Of a DNA stretch of 28,220 nt, positions 25,222-28,220 are shown piece after piece. Source of the stretch: a virus (lineage: Duplodnaviria > Caudoviricetes); the IMG/VR virus record IMGVR_UViG_3300020045_007239, positions 1 through 28,220 of that record; one strand, given 5' to 3'. The position numbers were made by a program, and so were the translations under genes. How positions within the stretch are numbered: position 1 is the first letter of the stretch; each line of letters starts with the position of its first letter. Under the pieces are notes generated by a model, which was not told the origin of the DNA, did not search any database, and saw nothing but the letters and a program-made list of their open reading frames with translations.

Positions 25222-25404
25222 TTACGGTTTAAACATATCATTAAGCAAATCACGGAATGGGTCAGGGATTTTTGCAACACAGTCTTTACAAAGTTTGTGA
25301 ACTTGCGCGGGGTGCATTTCGCCATTCATTTCATATTCTTCGGAAGCAAATGTCTGTATAAACTCTTTGCCGCATTCCTCGCATATCCTGATAACTGGTT
25401 TCAT
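25222..25404 (-). CDS. Small Zn-ribbon protein
   Basis: AAGGGG RBS before ATG 25404; CEECG...C.DC. Confidence 0.65.
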   Translation of the reverse strand: MKPVIRICEECGKEFIQTFASEEYEMNGEMHPAQVHKLCKDCVAKIPDPFRDLLNDMFKP

Positions 25405-25761
25405 CTCATCCCCCTTTATTTTAACTTTCTCGGCACATTCCATACCCGGCTGCGGCAGTTCGGGCAGCTCTTCGGGTGACTGACTCGCGGCGTCCACTCG
25501 TATTGTTCTGGACAGCGCAGACATTTACATGTTTCGACTTCATTCGGCTTTTCCATCTCGTTTTCCTTTCGCTCACTTTTGGCCGGTGGGCGCGGCGGTT
25601 AATGTTCAATATTCAATATTTTAGCAATCTGCTCTACTTGTTCTTCAGTCGCATATTTATGTAAATAGTCTACAATGCGCCGCTTCAGTTTTTTAATCTC
25701 ATCTTGTGTCATGGTTGCCCCTTGTTCCGGGGAGGTTTTACCCTCCCCGCTTTTATTTGAT

Positions 25762-26613
25762 TTATGCCGCCATCTTTAAGGCTTTCATCTGCTCAGCCAT
25801 TTGAAACAGCGCCTTGTTCAGTTTTGTATCTTCCTGGATTGATTTAACTTCCCTTGTGTGACGGTTCGAGGCCGGGACATAAGCGCCGGTTTCATCACGG
25901 TGCGATGGTATCCGGTACGCTTGCCCGCCTTTTGTCACATTTTCTTGAATGACATTGAACGTGGTCCATAGATCATTTTTCTTGTCATCGTAACGGCGGA
26001 CATTAAGCAGTTTTTCCGGCTGTAGGGTAACTGTTTCGTCAAATTTCATGCTAAATGCGGCTCTTGCAAAGATCCCTTTTTCGTCTGGTGTAAGCTCTAT
26101 TTCCTGCATTTTCTGAACATCTTCGATCAAGCGCGGTGTCTGCATGACTATTTCATCAAACCCGCGCCTTACTTCGTCCAGTACAGTGCCAGAATGCCGA
26201 ACTGATATTTTAGCAAGCGTCGAATCAGCAACCACCATACCGTTACTACAAGCAAGCCGATAAAGTCCGGCGTGCATTTGATAAGCTGATCCTCTGTCAT
26301 GGGAGTTCAAGAGCACTATTTCAGGGAACACGTCACCAACCACAAGATCATTACCCGGACGCCTGAAGCGCAATAAATGCCGTGTAAACTCCTGCTTGCC
26401 TTCAATCCTGGTACCCTGCTGTTTTGCTGCCATAATGTCCCAACCTTCGGCAAGCAGGGATTCAACAACGGCAATAGTAGGGATGAACGTGTAACGGTCT
26501 GATACGCCACCCCATGCGGATTCAGCAAAAACTGAAGGTGCACGGTGCTGGACTTGTTCGAGGGTAAGAGGAATGTTTTTAGCTGATGTGGTGTTGAGAT
26601 TGAAAGTTGCCAT
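25762..26613 (-). CDS. DUF932 family protein
   Basis: APSVFA...S.RYTFIPT, NSHD..S.YQM.AGLYRL.C.NG, DLWTTFN.IQENV.KGG. Confidence 0.9.
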   Translation of the reverse strand: MATFNLNTTSAKNIPLTLEQVQHRAPSVFAESAWGGVSDRYTFIPTIAVVESLLAEGWDIMAAKQQGTRIEGKQEFTRHLLRFRRPGNDLVVGDVFPEIVLLNSHDRGSAYQMHAGLYRLACSNGMVVADSTLAKISVRHSGTVLDEVRRGFDEIVMQTPRLIEDVQKMQEIELTPDEKGIFARAAFSMKFDETVTLQPEKLLNVRRYDDKKNDLWTTFNVIQENVTKGGQAYRIPSHRDETGAYVPASNRHTREVKSIQEDTKLNKALFQMAEQMKALKMAA

Positions 26614-26709
26614 GGTGTTCTCCTTTTCGTTGCCTTGCGGCTGTGAGTTGGTAGTTAGAAGAGGTCTAACGCCTTGCCGGATTCCCTCCGGCTGGGCTTG
26701 AGAGTTAAA

Positions 26710-26904
26710 TTAAACCGCTATACCTAGCCGGCGCGCAATTTCAGCACATTCACGGCAAACCTGCGAAACGAGTTTGTCAGGATTGGCAGCTTTAATTGCC
26801 TGAATGTTCTCGGCTACATCTTTGACGGTGCAACGGACTCCGACTTCTTTTAAATGTGCCCTCAGCTTCAGGGTCAACAGTTTTGTGGGTGACTTGGCTT
26901 TCAT
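26710..26904 (-). CDS. Hypothetical protein, first gene of the leftward operon
   Basis: AGGAG RBS. Confidence 0.65.
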   Translation of the reverse strand: MKAKSPTKLLTLKLRAHLKEVGVRCTVKDVAENIQAIKAANPDKLVSQVCRECAEIARRLGIAV

Positions 26905-26941
26905 AATACTCTCCTGTTATTCCGTCGCTCCATCTGATTTA

Positions 26942-26970
26942 AATATACATGATGATTATCACGATTGCAA
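26942..26970 (-). promoter_or_regulatory. Leftward promoter with adjacent imperfect palindrome (26974-26997)
   Basis: TTGCAA-17 bp-TATATT; AATAATT-N10-AATTATT. Confidence 0.6.
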
Positions 26971-27054
26971 CAAAATAATTGCATCATGGTAATTATTTTT
27001 TAGTCAACGGTGAGGAGGGAGGAAAGCCCCAGGATAGGGGCGATTGGGGAGGGA

Positions 27055-27324
27055 TTAGGCTATAATCTTTTTACGACTGCTAACAACCCGATACCACAAG
27101 CGGCCTGTTTTAATGTTGCGCTCTTTTATCACATATCCGCCAGCAGACAAGCGCCCGTATGAGATTGATACCGTGGGCCTCGACAGATTCAGAACGTGGG
27201 CTAAATGGCTTTGTAGTATGCCGATCCAGCCGCCCCGCCCCGCATGTTTGCACAAGTACAAGTATAAACGGCGGTCGTTACTGGTCAGTGATTGATCCGT
27301 GGTTATGTTACTGTGTGGTTTCAT
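27055..27324 (-). CDS. Winged-helix HTH protein
   Basis: LT..D.RLYLYL...QS.LA..LNLSRPTV.....L...GYV. Confidence 0.75.
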   Translation of the reverse strand: MKPHSNITTDQSLTSNDRRLYLYLCKHAGRGGWIGILQSHLAHVLNLSRPTVSISYGRLSAGGYVIKERNIKTGRLWYRVVSSRKKIIA

Positions 27325-27794
27325 TCCTTCGGCTCCTTTTTTACTGGTTTAATTTCACCATCTTTTAATTTAAGTTTACGAGCTAATGCTTTCCGTGCGT
27401 TGACTTTAGCAAAACTCCCTCTTCCAGCTATTTCAGGCAGTATCCGCAGTTTTAACCGGCCTGACTGGTTGCGCTCCATCGTTACATATCCATGCTCTTT
27501 CAGCCGTGTAATTGACTCGCTCACATTCGCCTGGTACGTTTTCATATCCTTGGCAATAGCCGCTTGTGTCTCTTCAATCCATCCACCATCAGTCATCACG
27601 CTACAGAGATACAGGAATACTCTGTAATCTGTGCCGCCAAGCTTCTTATCCAGTACCAAATCCAATATCCCCGCGAACGCCATAAAGAACTCCTTGTTTT
27701 TTTTATTGTTGTCAGGTAACCATAAATCGGTTAGATCGTTATCGGTCTCGATAGTCCGGCCGCCATGCACTTTTTCTGTCACCACATAGACCAT
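27321..27794 (-). CDS. RepL-like/winged-helix protein
   Basis: DYRVFLYL...TQ.AIA..M....NVS.SI.RL...G...P.I..RG. Confidence 0.65.
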   Translation of the reverse strand: MVYVVTEKVHGGRTIETDNDLTDLWLPDNNKKNKEFFMAFAGILDLVLDKKLGGTDYRVFLYLCSVMTDGGWIEETQAAIAKDMKTYQANVSESITRLKEHGYVTMERNQSGRLKLRILPEIAGRGSFAKVNARKALARKLKLKDGEIKPVKKEPKE

Positions 27795-28220
27795 CAGCCT
27801 TATTCCTTTATAAATACAGCCACTTACAGGATTATAGTCTTTTACTCGAAGCTATTATACCGAATTGACTATTATTTGTGAAGCATAAAGTAAGTAATGT
27901 TGATTAGTTACAGAATCTCCTTTAGTCTCTATGCTAACACCACCACCAAAACCCCGCCTTTGACTGTGACTTTGCCCTTAATACTCCAGTGCTTTACGTC
28001 CTGATGAGCCTGCGAATCGGGCTAAACTCAACTGCCTCTCGCCTGTTTCATTCCCACCATCCCAAGCAGCACAGCCAGCCACAGCAAAAAGCGCCTTGAC
28101 GATGATAAGTCGATCACCCAGGCACCACAGCCAAGCCCATTACATTCCCTCGTCACGCAATTATAATTACCCTGCCCTCACTATGCACGAGCCACCGATC
28201 GACAGCCACAGCTCAATTAC

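Larger units (their letters stand above)
1..28220. mobile_element. Temperate phage genome segment (lysogeny, early and replication modules), excised/virion configuration
   Basis: Integrase with intact attP, divergent CI/Cro-like HTH genes, YqaJ/SSB/RuvC/helicase operon, dense small ORFs; no host housekeeping genes. Confidence 0.93.

Noticed and set aside
28001-28027. Hammerhead ribozyme core (CTGATGA-stem-TAAAC)
   Set aside because: The conserved GAAA reads TAAA, and I could not build convincing stems I and III

Overview
Early/regulatory half of a temperate dsDNA phage in its non-integrated form: attP, the 3' half of tRNA-Ala(GGC), has phage genes on both sides. From left to right: a leftward DNA methyltransferase and a short DUF1376-type replication protein; a rightward operon of about 19 small genes (1768-6688); attP; a tyrosine integrase; a CI/Cro-like switch; and a rightward recombination/replication operon (DUF7666-like repeat protein, YqaJ exonuclease, ExoX-like nuclease, putative annealing protein, SSB, RuvC-like resolvase, dNTP diphosphohydrolase domain, PHA synthase/depolymerase-like hydrolase, ParB-like protein, intein-containing SF2 helicase). 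A converging leftward operon of small genes with DUF932 and two wHTH/RepL-like genes follows. No structural genes are in the window. The most striking unexplained structure is in the small-gene operon. Four integron attC-like hairpins (4802-5970) lie in reverse orientation to the genes they flank, no integron integrase is present, and a TAAC plus repeated-linker grammar marks nearly every other gene junction. This suggests a phage-borne gene-cassette array. Two leader RNAs with complementary loop motifs and a phage PhaC/PhaZ-like enzyme are also notable. Family assignments come from motif recognition, not database searches.
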